Positions 1 to 13,520 of a DNA stretch of 64,000 nucleotides are shown piece after piece; the stretch's first letter is position 1; each line of letters begins with the position of its first letter. Location of the stretch: the NCBI RefSeq assembly GCF_022539665.2, contig NC_081333.1, positions 10,106,001-10,170,000 on the forward strand, in the 5' to 3' direction. The notes below the pieces were generated by a model. It worked only from the letters and a program-made list of their open reading frames with translations. It was not told the DNA's origin and did not search any database. A program made the translations under genes and the position numbers. The DNA is from Daphnia carinata. Lineage: Eukaryota.

Positions 1-757
1 TTCCCATTGCAAAAAATTTTTGGTTTAGCATTAGATGACAAACATATTGTTGTCCTAGTCGGTCAAGCACCCCTTTTTGAAATCCAAATCCGACTCAGGC
101 ACCATTCTTTGATTCTTGTACATTCCATGCACTATCGTTCACATGCATTCAGTGGATTTCACTGCCATGTTGGGTTTGTTGCTGCAGGTTCAGATGATGG
201 GAAAATAAGGTAATCGTTTTACGTTTCTAACATTAAGGTCAATTTTTCAAAATGTTTTTGTATTGTAGAATATGGGATGTTGGAACAGGGAAGTGCAAGC
301 GAATTTTACTCCGACCGTCACATGATACTGGCCCATTCTGGTTGAGGTATTGAAAAAACTTGCATATGATTCAGTGGTGGTACGTGATACTATAACCAAA
401 AACTGTTGCATAATTCTAGATTCAATTCTAAGTTTTTGGTCACAAATAATTCAGGAGGAATCAGCATATGGAATTTTAAAGAAGCCGTCAATCCGCTTTT
501 ACATCCTTGCATGAAGCTCCACTGTTGCTCCTTCCGGGTAAGGTTTCTTCAAAATGTCCCCATGTAAAGTTGAGCTTGTTTAACACGACCACTTCCCAGC
601 TTATTCCATGTTTCTGACGTGATCCATATATATTTTTTTTTAATACAGGCTTGCTCAAGTTCACAGTCAGATCAGTGGCATTTCCAGATGGACGCTTTTG
701 AGATTGTTAGATTCGAGCATCAAGGTGATGCCGGAATGTTACCCGACCTTCCAGGTA
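1..757 (+). CDS. 3' part of a WD40-repeat protein gene (partial, spliced)
   Basis: Exons join across GT-AG introns to give ...VAAGSDDGKIR|IWDVGTGKCKRIL..., a WD40 signature. The start lies upstream of the window, and the 3' exons contain indels relative to the copy at 60062-60400. Confidence 0.6.
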
Positions 758-1810
758 GGTATAGAGGGAAAAGCTTCATCATTCGACACCAATTTCTCGT
801 CCAATAGTGTTAGTGCGACAATTCTCCTATTTAAGAGAGATCGTCGTTAAAGAAATTTTTTAGAATCTTTTTCAAAAGATTATGATTTGACTTTGTATTG
901 CATGGGAGTATCTGCGTTCATTATTATTCTAACAGTTGGCTCGTTGTAGTACTGATACTATTTTCCTTACTTTGCATTATGTTAGGAATTTTAATACACT
1001 CGATTAAGTGCCAATACCGTTTTAGTCATTTAGGGAAAACGTGTAACCTTATATTGCCGATTCAAGTTTATAGCAAAATACCTCATACACGGAAGCTTAG
1101 TTCTACATTTTACTGGGAAACCTCTGCTTTAACAGGTTCCTATTTCAGTATACGTTGAACCCTAATTAAATTTCCCTTAAGTAACGTTCATACATGATTT
1201 GATTATCTAGCCGTCGTTGATCTTATGACGAATGAACTTGTAAAGAGATTTGAAATTAATATTGATGCAGCAAACTAGGTTGTTTGACTTTGCAAGGTTG
1301 CCAGTCGTTTCATAGTATGAATGAACGCGTATTTTTCGGGCATTTCCACGTCGACAACTAAAATACTAAAAATATAAAAATCCTTATAGAAGACTTACTA
1401 TACGTATTTTAAAATGAAATGTTTCCTTAAATATTGTTTTGCCCAGATTACGAAGCATTTTCGTAAAAAATTTATTAAATTTTTTCTAATTATGACTTGG
1501 GCAATGTTGGCTTTTTAGTCTACTGTCAAGTTGCAGAAACAGGATTTTGGTACTTTTGGTATGCTATCTTCTAGTCCATGAATTGGGTCATCTTTGATCG
1601 AACTAACCGGAAAGTATGACCCTAATTGGAATACCTTAGAAGTTGTATGTTATAATTTAAGAGTAAAGTTTTATTAGTGTACTAAAGGTCGTATTTTGAC
1701 GTTTTCCAAAGAAAACTACCTTCTAAATGGTTTACACTGTGGACTGTAGTGACTGAGATACAGTTTTTTTTCTAACTTCATTAATAACTGAGTTTATTTT
1801 TTTCTTAGCA

Positions 1811-4800
1811 ATGGCTTCCCAGCCTCCTGTTCAATATAATGTGATGTCGCCAGCAAGGCCTAATGTGACAGGAACTTCCCAACCACCCATACTTCAACGT
1901 CCAATAGCAAGTAATGGGATTGGACAACCATCAACTGGTTCTCGATTTCCCGTGCCTGCAACATCAAATTCTGTTCCTGTGTTAGCCAACACAAATTCAC
2001 AGTGGGCTAGACCCCCTGTTTCAAGCCAGTTTGCACCAAGTCTGATGAGTCAACCCAGTTTTACAGCAGGAGGTCAACAACAGTATAACCCAGCAATTCC
2101 TGGACAAAACTCACCAAGGCCTGTGTTGGAAACTCTGAGCTCAAGACCTCCCAGCAGTTCTTCAGGTATCTACTTTTGTGTCTGCATATTTTATTTAAAG
2201 AATGAAACTGCAAGAAAGAACAAAATTGTGGTGTAATATTACCTCCATTAATTTGTCACACTTAAAGGTACAATTTTTGTTATTGAATTTCTTAGTTCAT
2301 TTTCCCATAAACTTTTTTTAAAATGGACATTCAGTTCAGAAATTGGTCAATTTGTGCTTGTGCCAAATAACAGGATGTACTTGTTTTGAATCTAGTTTTA
2401 AAAATTTTGCATTTTTTACTTCTGTTTTTCGTTTTCTGATAGAAAACTGATGAACAAGGTGTATCCACTACTTTTATCTGTCTTCTAAAGACATAGTTAG
2501 TTCTTTAAGGTAAATCAACAAAGATTATTCTTTAAGTTAACAATTTTCTGTCTTAGCTTTAGGTCCCCCTTTGAACAGTTATCAAAGTGGTCAGTCCAAC
2601 ATTAATGGAAACTTGGGCCCTCCATTGGCGAATGGTGTGAGAACCCCAACAGCTTATTCCGATGTTAACTACTCTGCCCCTGCGTCCAGCAGCATGGGAT
2701 ACTGCTCACCTGTAGGACCTCAATATGCTTCACAAAATTTCATGCCGCCCCAGTTACACCCTGGAACAGGCCCTCCGATGGGGAGACCAGCTGGGCCCCC
2801 CGTACCTCAGCAACAGTATAATACTGGATATCCAAGTTACTCATCAGCATCTGGTCAATTACCACCAATTTCTGGTATTCACACTCAGCAGGTTGTTAAA
2901 AACAAAAGTAGTTTTTTTTTCAAATTTCCTCTCCGACCAATTAAGTGACAGAGTAGTAACTAACCATATTACTTCCGCAGCTAAGTTATCCTGCTGCACC
3001 TGTGTTACCTAATGCTCCAGTCAACCAGTTTCCAAATTTTAATTCAACTATGGACAAGATGACGTCGCAAATGAACAGCATGTCTGTAACTCAAACAGGA
3101 TTTGACAAAATTTGGGTAGGTTTTCGGTTCTGCATTAATGCCACGTTAGCTTCCTGTTGAATATTAACTTACCGACATTTATTTTTTGCTGAAGGGCCAC
3201 GAAAACGTGGATTTACTCCAAGTGCGAAATATTTTGCCAGCTCAAGGTGTGGAAACTCCTCGTATCCGCCTTAGACAAGAACATTTAAATAATGTACATT
3301 GCAGCCACGACATCTTTCGCTGTACTTTGACGAAAATTCCTGAAACGAATTCCATTTTGCAAAAATCTCGTCTCCCACTGGGAGTGTTGATACATCCCTT
3401 CAAAGATTTGACGGTAAACAATTAAGAACCCTATGTCGAAATCTACGTTAAATACTAACAGGTTTCATTTTGCCCTCTTTCAGCAATTGCCTGTAATACA
3501 GTGTCAAACTATCGTTCGCTGCCGATCTTGTCGGACGTACATCAATCCTTTCGTTTATTTTGTGGATCAGCGGCGATGGAAATGCAATTTGTGCTTCCGA
3601 GTGAACGACTGTAAGAATAATTCAACGTTATAATCCAAGTTAATAGGCATTTCGGCTAAGCATACCTAAATCATTATTTGTCTGGTGGCTAGTGCCTGAT
3701 GAGTTCCAATACGATCCGATGAGCAACAGTTACGGCGATCCTACACGCCGCCCTGAAATAAAAAATGCTACTATTGAATTTATAGCTCCAGCTGAATACA
3801 TGGTACGTGGCACAAAAATTCTGTTCTATTCTATGTTCCATGCATAAACGATCTTCTTGTGGTTTCTGTTTAACTTAGCTTCGACCTCCCCAGCCTCCTG
3901 TTTATCTTTATCTTTTGGATGTCAGTCACGTAGCAGTTGAAACGGGCTATTTGAAGCTTTTTTGTGATGTTCTTTTGGAAGAGCTGGAAAAAATTCCAGG
4001 GGATAGCAGAACGCAGATTGGTTTCATAACGTTTGCCAGCAGCGTTCAGTTCTATAATCTCGCGGAGAACTTAAATCAACCACACCAATTGGTTGTGTCG
4101 GATATCGAGGATATCTTTCTACCATGTCCTAACGATTTGTTGGTAAATTTAAATGAAAGTAAGAGGCTGGTCATTGAACTCTTAGAACAACTCCCTGTTA
4201 AATTCAACAACACAGCGGAGTGCAGTAGTGCCTTGGGGGCTGCTTTACAGGTATTTTTGTTTGACAAAATTGTATTAAACGCTGTCTTATAATCGTTTAA
4301 AAAATAGGCTGCATATAAGATGGTAAGTCCCACTGGCGGTCGTATTACGGTATTCCAAGCATCGTTACCTAATATTGGTCCGGGAGCCCTAAAGCCGAGG
4401 GAAGACCCGAATCAGCGAGCAGCCAAAGATGTGCCTAACTTGAATGCGGCCACGGATTTCTATAAAAAATTTGCTCTCGATTGTTCTGGTCAGCAAGTGG
4501 CAGTAGACCTGTTTTTGCTGGGTGGTCAATATATGGATATTGCTTCACTCTGTGAGTATTACCTAACTGGTGTTTTTATTTGCATCAATCTAATGTTTTT
4601 TCTTCTTGGCCTTCACAGCGTGTGCGTCAAAATTCTCTGGTGGATGTATGTATCATTTCCCGAGCTTCCACTACGTCCACAACTTGCCACAGGTTGAACG
4701 GTTGGAACATTCTTTGCGTCGGTATCTAACGCGCAAGATTGGCTTTGAATCCGTGATGCGTATTCGCTGTACTCATGGCCTATCAATCCATACTTTCCAC

Positions 4801-6169
4801 GGAAATTTTTTTGTGCGTTCGACTGATTTATTATCTCTGCCAAATATTAACCCGGACGCAGGATTTGGTCTACAAGTTTCAATTGACGAAAATTTAAGCG
4901 AAGTCCAAAACATATGCTTTCAGGCAGCACTTCTTTACACTTCAAGCAAAGGTAACGTTTCATTACTTCAAATTTTATTCACTCTAATGAACCCTACCAT
5001 GTTCGGAATAGGTGAGAGACGTATACGAGTACACACGATGTGTTTGCCGATCGCCAGCACGGTTGCAGACGTCATTCAGTCGGCAGATCAGCAGTGCATT
5101 GTCGGGTTATTAGCTAAAATGGGTAAACTGCCCTTCATATATTTTTAAATGATTTCGTTATCGTAATTCAATGGAAATTTTCACTTTTCTAGCCGTCGAC
5201 CGTTCGCTGCATTCGAGTATCAGTGACGCGCGAGATGCCATTGTCAATGTTTGTGTAGACGTTTTATCAGCCTATAAAGCAACCATGAGCTCTGCAACAT
5301 CAGGACTGTACGCACCTTCCAACCTAAGGTTGTTGCCTCTATATTTGGCGGCTCTATTGAAATCGGTTTGTTTTGTTTGAAACTACGTTTGCAGAAAGCT
5401 TTACGTCCATTTTTTTTAACACGTAGGTTGCCTTCAGAACTGGGCAAAGCACACGACTGGATGACCGAGTCTTTGCCATGAACCAGCTGAAAGTATTGCC
5501 TTTATCTCAACTAATTCTGTCCGTTTACCCGGATCTGTATGCAATTCACAATTTGCACGATCAAGTAAACCAGGAATTCCGCATGTCAGTCTAAATTTGA
5601 AATAAAATAAAAAAATTTCGGACAGGGAGCCATAAGTCAAGGAGAGATGGTGATACCTCAACCTGGGCGTTTACATCTTTCTGCGGAAATGGTCGATTCG
5701 TCTGGGGCATATCTACTTGACACTGGGGATGTCATTTACCTATATGTCGGCCGCAATGTTCATCCAGCTTTCGTAGAAAATGTACTTGGTTCATCGAATT
5801 TCCAATCTTTGCCAGAGCAAATGGTGAGATTACTGTATGTGGAATAGTAGGCTAGATATTTTTTTCTTAACTTGCATTTTTCGCAGTTCGAGTTGCCTGA
5901 ACTAGAAACGGCTGAATCAGAAAGGCTAAGGAACTTTTTGATTCATTTGCAAAATCAGAGACCGTATCCAGCTGTGCTACAGCTCATCAGGTACAATTCT
6001 TTTGATGAGTCAACTTTTAGTGGAACTCCGCACAATGTGGTTTATCTTTTCTTTCAGGGAAGACAGTCAAATTCGTCACCTCTTCTCGAGTCATCTTGTC
6101 GACGGTCGGACGGAGTCCTCGCTTTCGTACTACGAATTCTTGCAGCATCTAAAGAATCAGATAAAATAA
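1811..6169 (+). CDS. Sec24: COPII coat protein Sec24 (Sec24A/B type), multi-exon
   Basis: P/Q/S-rich N-terminus, zinc finger (IVRCRSCRTYINPF...WKCNLC), trunk domain (DVSHVAVETGYL, GGRITVFQASLPNIGPG), YLTRKIGFESVMRIRC, gelsolin-like segment and C-terminal SYYEFLQHLKNQIK*; stop TAA at 6167-6169. Confidence 0.95.
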
Positions 6170-6787
6170 CCTCACAATAAAATAATTCTTCAATATCGCA
6201 CTTTTCTAATTTCGGTTTTAGCCAACGAGGTATGTGATTGGTGTTTGTTAATTTGGCATTTCCGAACCAATCCATACATGGGGACAAGTAATAACTGTGT
6301 TTGCATACCTTGGGCCGTCTTTTTGTACAACTGTAGCATTAGATCAAGCCAATTGTAAGAGGGAATTTTGCGCCACGCAAAAGTGCTGCTGATTGTTTGC
6401 GTTTGTTTTGGAATAAGTTTCGTTGGGATTCTTTCCAAAATATTTTATAATACCAAAACTGGATTGTTGACTCTTTTGAGCAAAATTCACTCTTCATTCC
6501 CATTTCCCTGTTGCATCCAAAACCTGTATGAGTGGTTTGTCTATTAGGATGTCATCTTATAGCAAAAATAATCGAATTCTATACACAATTGTAAAGAAAA
6601 CCCTACCAATTTGCTCTGTCAAATAAACATTGTATTATCAGTTATCACAGTATTTTGTCTACTGTTTTATCTGTGCCATTTAGACCAATTTACAAGGAGA
6701 TGGCATCAGCTCATCTATAAGGTGTGCAATTACGCATCACCCAGTGCTTTTGTCGTTGGTGAACTGCCGAAAATTGATCTATCGGCA

Positions 6788-8050
6788 TCATCTCCTCCTT
6801 GTAGATTCGGCATATCTTTCTAGCCAAGTAGCGAATTCGCCCAAGTCTGGCAAAGGTACCACAGATGATTTTTCTTTGATGTGGAGAGCCCATTTTCCCC
6901 GCAAATCTTCAGATATCTTGTTCACTAAACCAGAGAGTTCCAGAGCAGCGAAACTATGAATCTCGTTTGCACAACCCACCGCCTTCAAAATTGCTAAAAT
7001 GTGTTGTACTTTTTCGGATAAGTCGCCAAGCGAAGACTGTAGATTGTTCGAGTCGATTGGAACCAATTTCCTAAGCCCTTCAAAGCACGAGCGAACCACT
7101 AGTAAAGGGTGTCCATAGTGGTTACTGAGATGAGTGAGCAGCTTGCGATAGCGGCCAGGGTGGCTAAAATGCGACACAAATTTTTGGCGGAGTTCAGGTG
7201 AAAGAAGTTCTTCCAAGTAGATCATCCGCAGTGTATCGTTGGGCATTGCATCGTGGATCCATGTCTTGAAGCGTTGTATGAAAAAAGGCCAGTCCATGGG
7301 GTTGCCGGTAAACGGCTCCAAGCCAACGTGAGGCGGCCAGGAAGATTGATCGCCAACGCACCAGTCCCAACAACAGAATGAATTACTGGAAGTCGGGGAC
7401 GGTGGCAACACTCGTTCATCCAGTGAAAATTCAGCTGAAGAAGGCAGCTGAGCGATCCAGGAATCTGGAAGCGAACACGGTTGACAGTGGGGAATGGAAG
7501 GAATGGACGCTGAGGAAGACAGTGTGGAATTCGTTTTGCTAAGACAATATCGTTCTTCTCGATTTTGCTGCTCTAGCTGTTGGAAGTGATCCATCCGCTG
7601 AATTTCTCGACGAGTTTTCTCTAGTTCTTGGTGTCTTTTTTCGGATTCCGGACTGCGTCTATTACCTAAAGTTCCTCTTTCGCCCTATGTTTGAGTATGT
7701 TAATTTCCATATTTGAAGTTATGGATGCCGTTTTTGGTTATATGGACTAATTGATTAAATTTTACCTTGACAGCATGACTGCTTTCTAAGTACTGTGACA
7801 TTTGACTGGTGCTGCTCGATCGCCGGAGACAGCCAAACAACTCTTGCTTTCCCTCATCAGAAGCTGCCTTCGTTTGCATGTGATGTTGAACCTTAGAAGT
7901 TGTTCGAGTGAACCGTACTTTGGCTGTTTGCCGGTAAAAATGGGAGCAACCAGAATCGTTTTCAGATTCACTGCCAGTCGAATCGTACGATTCTTCACAT
8001 GCAGAATAACGATAGCCGGTACCTTTACCATTAGAGTGTACTGACGACAT
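6788..8050 (-). CDS. Spliced BEL/Pao-retrotransposon Gag-like (DUF1759-type) gene, ~393 aa, no pol
   Basis: Exon 8050-7766 joins exon 7684-6788 in frame through an 81-bp phase-0 GT..AG intron (7765-7685). The C-terminal part (FTGNPMDWPFFIQRFK...LSNHYGHPLLVVRSCF...LVNKISEDLRGKW...LGEFATWL) resembles BEL/Pao Gag. A putative 5'UTR intron lies at 8138-8083. Confidence 0.7.
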
Positions 8051-8808
8051 GGCAACTGAAACCACGTGGTGGCCTTGGGCGACTGTGAAAATTGACAAAT
8101 TGTTCTGGATGTTACATTTAAGCCACAAAAATTCTTACCTGAAACGTGATGAAATTTATAGAACAAGATAGTGGATAACTAAACTGTGGCACAATCGAGA
8201 AAAATTATTGGCGTCGCTTTAAAGTTCAACGACGTCTCGTGTTTCACTGTGACTCGTGACTGCCGTGCGAGTTGTGAACTGTGAAGCACAGGGCCGAGTA
8301 GTACTAATAGCAATGTGGTGGACCCTAAATCAACCCATTTTTAAAATCGAGGGTGTGGTAGTGAATCAAATGAGGTACAATATCGTGCAACAAACGAAAT
8401 CGCGCGCTCAGCCTTGTTCACTTTTGATATACGTTTCGTGTGACTGCAAAGATCATGTGAGCTATCTATAAAACCCTTACTGCCAACAAAACCTTACTCT
8501 CTCAGTAAAGGCACACTATAAGTACCTTGACAAAAATAAAAGTATGCCATTAACCGAACATACATTGAAATTTCTTTATATTGCTATGGCAATCCGTTTT
8601 ATATGGCAATCCGTTTTACATTTAAAAAAAAAAAAATGTCGAAAAAAAAAAAAAAAATCGCACTTTTTTCTTTTTTTCCGACACGTAGCCATCTACCGCT
8701 CAGACTCATTATTACTGGCGTAGGCAATTTCAGTCCATTGGATGCCATTCGCAGTTAGTTCAGTAGCGTGGCTGGAGAACAAAGCGTGGCTGGAGGAACA
8801 ATTGAAAA

Positions 8809-10061
8809 ATGGATAAGATAATACAACAAAAGGATGGTAAGTATAAACATTATTATATTGGTTTTCAATTATTAATTATTGTTTATTAGATCAAATTATG
8901 AAGCTGCAGGCCCAATTATTGGAACAACACAAAATATTAGATAACAGCAAAGCTAAGGATGGTAAGGCCTAATACGTAATGATTCTATTTATTTGCTTTT
9001 ATTCATTTGTGTTTTGTAGCTCAAATTTTGAGTCTACAAGCTCAGCTAGGGGAGAAGAACAAATTGGAACGGAACAGTTTCCAAACAGTGAAGGAGGTTT
9101 TTCCAAACTCATCCCTAACTGAACGTGAGGATGAATTGGCATTAGGCGAACACAGTCAGGTACCTAAACTTTTCAAATAAGAATTCAAAATAAGTATAGA
9201 ATTTTAACAAGCAATGATTTATTGTTTAGTTATTCAGTCCACCATCAGACAGTGCGTTAAATTTAAATTCTGTTAGTGCTGCACTAAAAGAATTGTTCGT
9301 AATCAGTCCATGCAGCGATGGAACTGAACAATTGTGGGACCGTATTTGGGCTGAAAATGGGTGTGGTACGGAAACCCAGAAATGGCACGAGTTCAACCTA
9401 AAACATGGATTAGGTACTTCCCGGTTCTTTGTCTATCGAAAAAGTATTTTGAATGCTATTATTTTGCATTCACAGAATTTTAGCGGGGGATCAAGTCAAA
9501 TATGGAAGTGTTACAGGATGGAAGAGTCAGCCTGTAGTTGAAAAAACACAGAGTGCATTACCGTTAAGGTGTGAGGTAAAGTAATAGAGTGATGCAAGTT
9601 GTCTAATGAGAAGTACCATATTGTGTTAATGAATCTGGTACAACAGCAATCCTTTATAGTTCTGTCACAGCTAGAAGCCTCAAATAATTCTGCTTCTCTT
9701 GCTAAAGAACAACTTGTCCTTTACGTTCACAGTGTTGGTGAAACTGGGTACTTAAATGGCCCTAAGATTTTGCTGCCGTTGCAGAGATGAACATCATACA
9801 TGGACTCTTTAGGTATGAAAGGAATTTTCTTCAAATAATTTTGAATTTATGGCAAAGCATTTCTCCTGCTTTTTGCCAACCATGTCTAATCTAAAAAAAA
9901 AATTATCCAATAGGAAAGGATTTTCAGCATACTGGGAACACAACTATCAACAATGCAACATTCTACGCGTGCTATTTTATCATTCAAGAGCCTTATACAA
10001 TGATTTTCATCTGCAATTTGTATGGCCTTTCCCAAGCTTCTGCCAGAAGTTGAATCTATAA
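8809..10061 (+). pseudogene. Unknown multi-exon gene, copy A (in foldback arm)
   Basis: Exons with GT-AG introns read MDKIIQQKD|DQIMKLQAQLLEQHK...|AQILSLQAQL...|...QLWDRIWAENGCGTETQKWHEF...; later exons carry stops or frameshifts. Confidence 0.55.
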
Positions 10062-10182
10062 GTCATGTAAGTCACATGAGCAACAATTGAGATGCTTAAT
10101 GGTGTTGTTTTTCTTTTCTCAGCATAGGTTAATAGTAACGTGGATGGAGAGAATAACGCGTGGCTGGAGGAACAATTGAAAA

Positions 10183-11444
10183 ATGGATAAGATAATACAA
10201 CAAAAGGATGGTAAGTATAAACATTATTATATTGGTTTTCAATTATTAATTATTGTTTATTAGATCAAATTATGAAGCTGCAGGCCCAATTATTGGAACA
10301 ACACAAAATATTAGATAACAGCAAAGCTAAGGATGGTAAGGGCTTATACGTAATGATTCTATTTATTTGCTTTTATTCATTTGTGTTTTGTAGCTCAAAT
10401 TTTGAGTCTACAAGCTCAGCTAGGGGAAAAGAACAAATTGGAATGGAACAGTTTCCAAACAGTGAAGGAGGTTTTTCCAAACTCATCCCTAACTGAACAT
10501 GAGGATGAATTGGCATTAGGCGAACACAGTCAGGTACCTAAACTTTTCAAATAAGAATTCAAAATAAGTATAGAATTTTAACAAACAATTATTTATTGCT
10601 TAGTTATTCAGTCTACCACCTGACAGTGTGTTAAAGTTAAATTCTGTTAGTGCTGCACTAAAAGAATTGTTAGTAATAAGTCAATGCAGCGAAGGAATTG
10701 AACAATTGTGGGATCGTATTTGGGCTGAAAATAGGTGTGGTACGGAAACCCAGAAATAGCATGAGTTCAACATAAAACATGAATTAGGTACTTTTCGGTT
10801 TTTTGTCTATCGAAACAGTATTTTTAATGCTATTATTTTGCATTCACAGAATTCTAGTGGGGAATCAAGTCAAGTCTAGAAGTGTTACAGGATGGAAGAG
10901 TGAGCCTACAGTTGAAAAACACTGAAAGTGCATTACCATTAAGGTATGAGGTAAAGTAATAGAGTATGCAAATTGTCTAATGAGAAGTACCATCTTGTGT
11001 GAATGAATCCTGTGTAACAGCAATCCTTTATAGTTCTGTTATAGCTAGAAGCCTCAAATAATTCTGCTTCTCTTGCTAAAGAACAACTTGTCCTTTACAC
11101 TCAGAGTGTTGGTGAAGCTGGGTACTTAAATGGCCCTAAAGATGTTTCACTTCACTGGCATTGCAGCGATGAACATCATACATGGACTCTTTAGGTATGA
11201 AAGGATTTTTCTTCAAAAATTTTGAATTTATGATGAAGAATTTCTCCTCCTTTTTGCCAACCAGGTCTTATCTACAAAAAAAAATTTATCCAATAGGAAA
11301 GGATTTTCAGCATACTGGGAACACAACTATCAACAATGCAACATTCTAGGGGTGTTATTTTATCCTTCAAGAGCCTTATACAATGATTTTTATCTACAAT
11401 TTGTATGGCCTTTCCCGAGCTTCTGCCAGAAGTTGAATCTATGA
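10183..11444 (+). pseudogene. Unknown multi-exon gene, copy B (tandem duplicate of A)
   Basis: Colinear with copy A at ~1.37-kb offset; TGG>TAG at 10757-10759. Confidence 0.55.
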
Positions 11445-12319
11445 GTCATGTAAGTCACATGAGCAACAATTGAGATGCTTAATGGTGTTGTTTTTCTTTT
11501 CTCAGTGTAGGTTAATAGTAACATTGGATCTGAAAAAATTCTTGGTTGGGGCATGACACTGAATAAATTGTAATGATTGGATGGATGACATGATATTTCT
11601 ATACTTCATTCGGATTCCCGAGACGGTATTTGATATTTAAAAAATTGAAGTGCATATCTGGGCTCCCTTCCTTTCCGTAGCCCCGTTTCCCCTTGACTCG
11701 TAATAAGCCCGTAGGGGGTCATGCCCCTACTGTACGGTATATATAAAAATAACATATACCGAGGTTTGGAGGGCTCTGGCCGGAAAGGGGACGTGGGGGT
11801 CCGCTTAGTCCGATGATGTGTTCACGGAGGGCGACGTGGCTATCCACAAATCCGAACTAAAGGTTAATCGCTCCAGTAAAAATGTTCCATATCTTCGGCT
11901 CTTCTTCCGGCTTCTCTTAGCCAATCACCGGGTAATCTCCCCGGTGGGTCAACAAGGCAGTGTCTCCCCCTGTCTGGGTTGACGGCAACTTTTGAAAGGG
12001 CTATTGTGCCTTTTTAAAGTTGCAAAAATAATTGTAATGTGCAGAGAATTGTCAATAAAATTTTTTTTATAAAATATTTTTTGCAAAATTCGTTTCTTTC
12101 ATTGTCTGTATTCGCTGTGTTCACACGTTACACTTTTTATATTTAGGTTGCTTAATTCACCTTTATTGTTTTTGTCACCTTTGATGGTAAGCATTGTTTC
12201 CATTGGTTTATCGTTTATCTGTAACTATTATTTATTACACTCTTTGAATTGTTCAACTTAGATTCAAGGAACAATCTGGATATTTTATAAAGTAATTTTG
12301 TATTTTGTTTTACTCGTAT

Positions 12320-12380
12320 GGGAACCGATCCCCAGACATTGAGCGTGCGACGCCGATGCTCTAACATTGAGCCACGAGAT
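12320..12380 (-). pseudogene. tRNA-derived unit (degenerate), outward-facing, left
   Basis: Minus strand reads TCGTGGCTCAATGTTAGAGCATCGGCG...CTGGGATCGGTTCCC, an inverted homologue of 12670-12730. Confidence 0.5.
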
Positions 12381-12479
12381 ATATCTAAATTTTTTATTAT
12401 CGCATATCATATGTTATCGTCTAGGATGTTTATGCAGTCTTTCACAACTATATGTTTATCTTTCTATTGCTTCCATAAG

Positions 12480-12547
12480 GTTCTTAGCTCTGTGGTAGAG
12501 CTTTTATCTGCGATACCTGTTACCCTGGGTTCAAACCTCAGTAGATG
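12480..12547 (+). pseudogene. tRNA-derived unit (degenerate), central
   Basis: A-box TAGCTCTGTGG (12485-12495), D-arm GCTC/GAGC and T-arm CTGGG-TTCAAAC-CTCAG; the anticodon arm does not pair. Confidence 0.55.
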
Positions 12548-12666
12548 TGTAAAAATGAAGTAGAATATTGTACAAGAGTATGTTGCAGAATTGCATTTCA
12601 GTTTTATTCTAAGTGTAAATGCAAGTCCACAAGTGACTAGAAAAAAAAGCCAACTTAAAATCATAT

Positions 12667-12732
12667 GATTCGTGGCTCATTGGTAGAGCATCGGCGAGGT
12701 ATGCCGAACATCCAGGGTTCGATCCCTGGATA
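12667..12732 (+). pseudogene. tRNA-derived unit, outward-facing, right
   Basis: A-box TGGCTCATTGG (12673-12683), D-arm GCTC/GAGC, stem TCGGC/GCCGA around loop GAGGTAT and B-box GGTTCGATCCC (12716-12726). It has no acceptor stem and no U33, so it is not a functional tRNA. Confidence 0.65.
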
Positions 12733-13520
12733 ATAATAGAATGCTTACAGATAAACGATAAACCAATACCCGTCACCTTACCATCAAATGTGACAAAAAC
12801 AAATAAAGCAAAGCCAAAAAAAAAATTGATAAATGTAATGTGTGAACAAAGCTAACACAGACAATGAAAGAAACGAATTTTGCAAAAAATATTTTATAAA
12901 AAAAATTTTATTGACAATTCTCTTCACATTACAATTATTTTTGCAACTTTAAAAAGGCACAATAGCCCTTTCAAAAGTTGCCGTCAACCCAGGCAGGGGG
13001 AGACACTGCCTTGTTGACCCACCGGGGAGATCACCCGGTGATTGGCTAAGAGAAGCCGGAAGAAGAGCTGAAGATTTGGAACATTTTTACAGGAGCGATT
13101 AACCTTTAGTTCGGATTTGTGGGCAGCCACATCACCCTCCGTGAACACATCATCGGACGAAGCGGCACCCCACGTCCCCTTTCCGGCCAGAGCCCTCCAA
13201 ACCTCGGTATATGTTGTTTTTATATATACCGTACAGTAGGGCATGACCCCCTACGGGCTTATTATGAGTCAAGGGGAAACGGGGCTTCAGAAAAGAAGGG
13301 AGCCCAGATATGCACTTCAATTTTTTAAATATCAAATACCGTCTGGGGAATCCGAATTAAGTATAGCAATGTCATGTCATCCATCCAATCAATACAATTT
13401 ATTCAGTGTCTTGCCCCAACCAAGAATCTTTTCAGATCCAATGTTACTATTAACCTATATTGAGAAAAGAAAAACAACACCGTTAAACACATCAATTGTT
13501 GATCATGGAACTTACATGAC

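Noticed and set aside
12667..12732. Functional tRNA-Thr(GGT)
   Set aside because: No acceptor stem, the anticodon loop lacks Y32/U33, and the T-loop is one base short.
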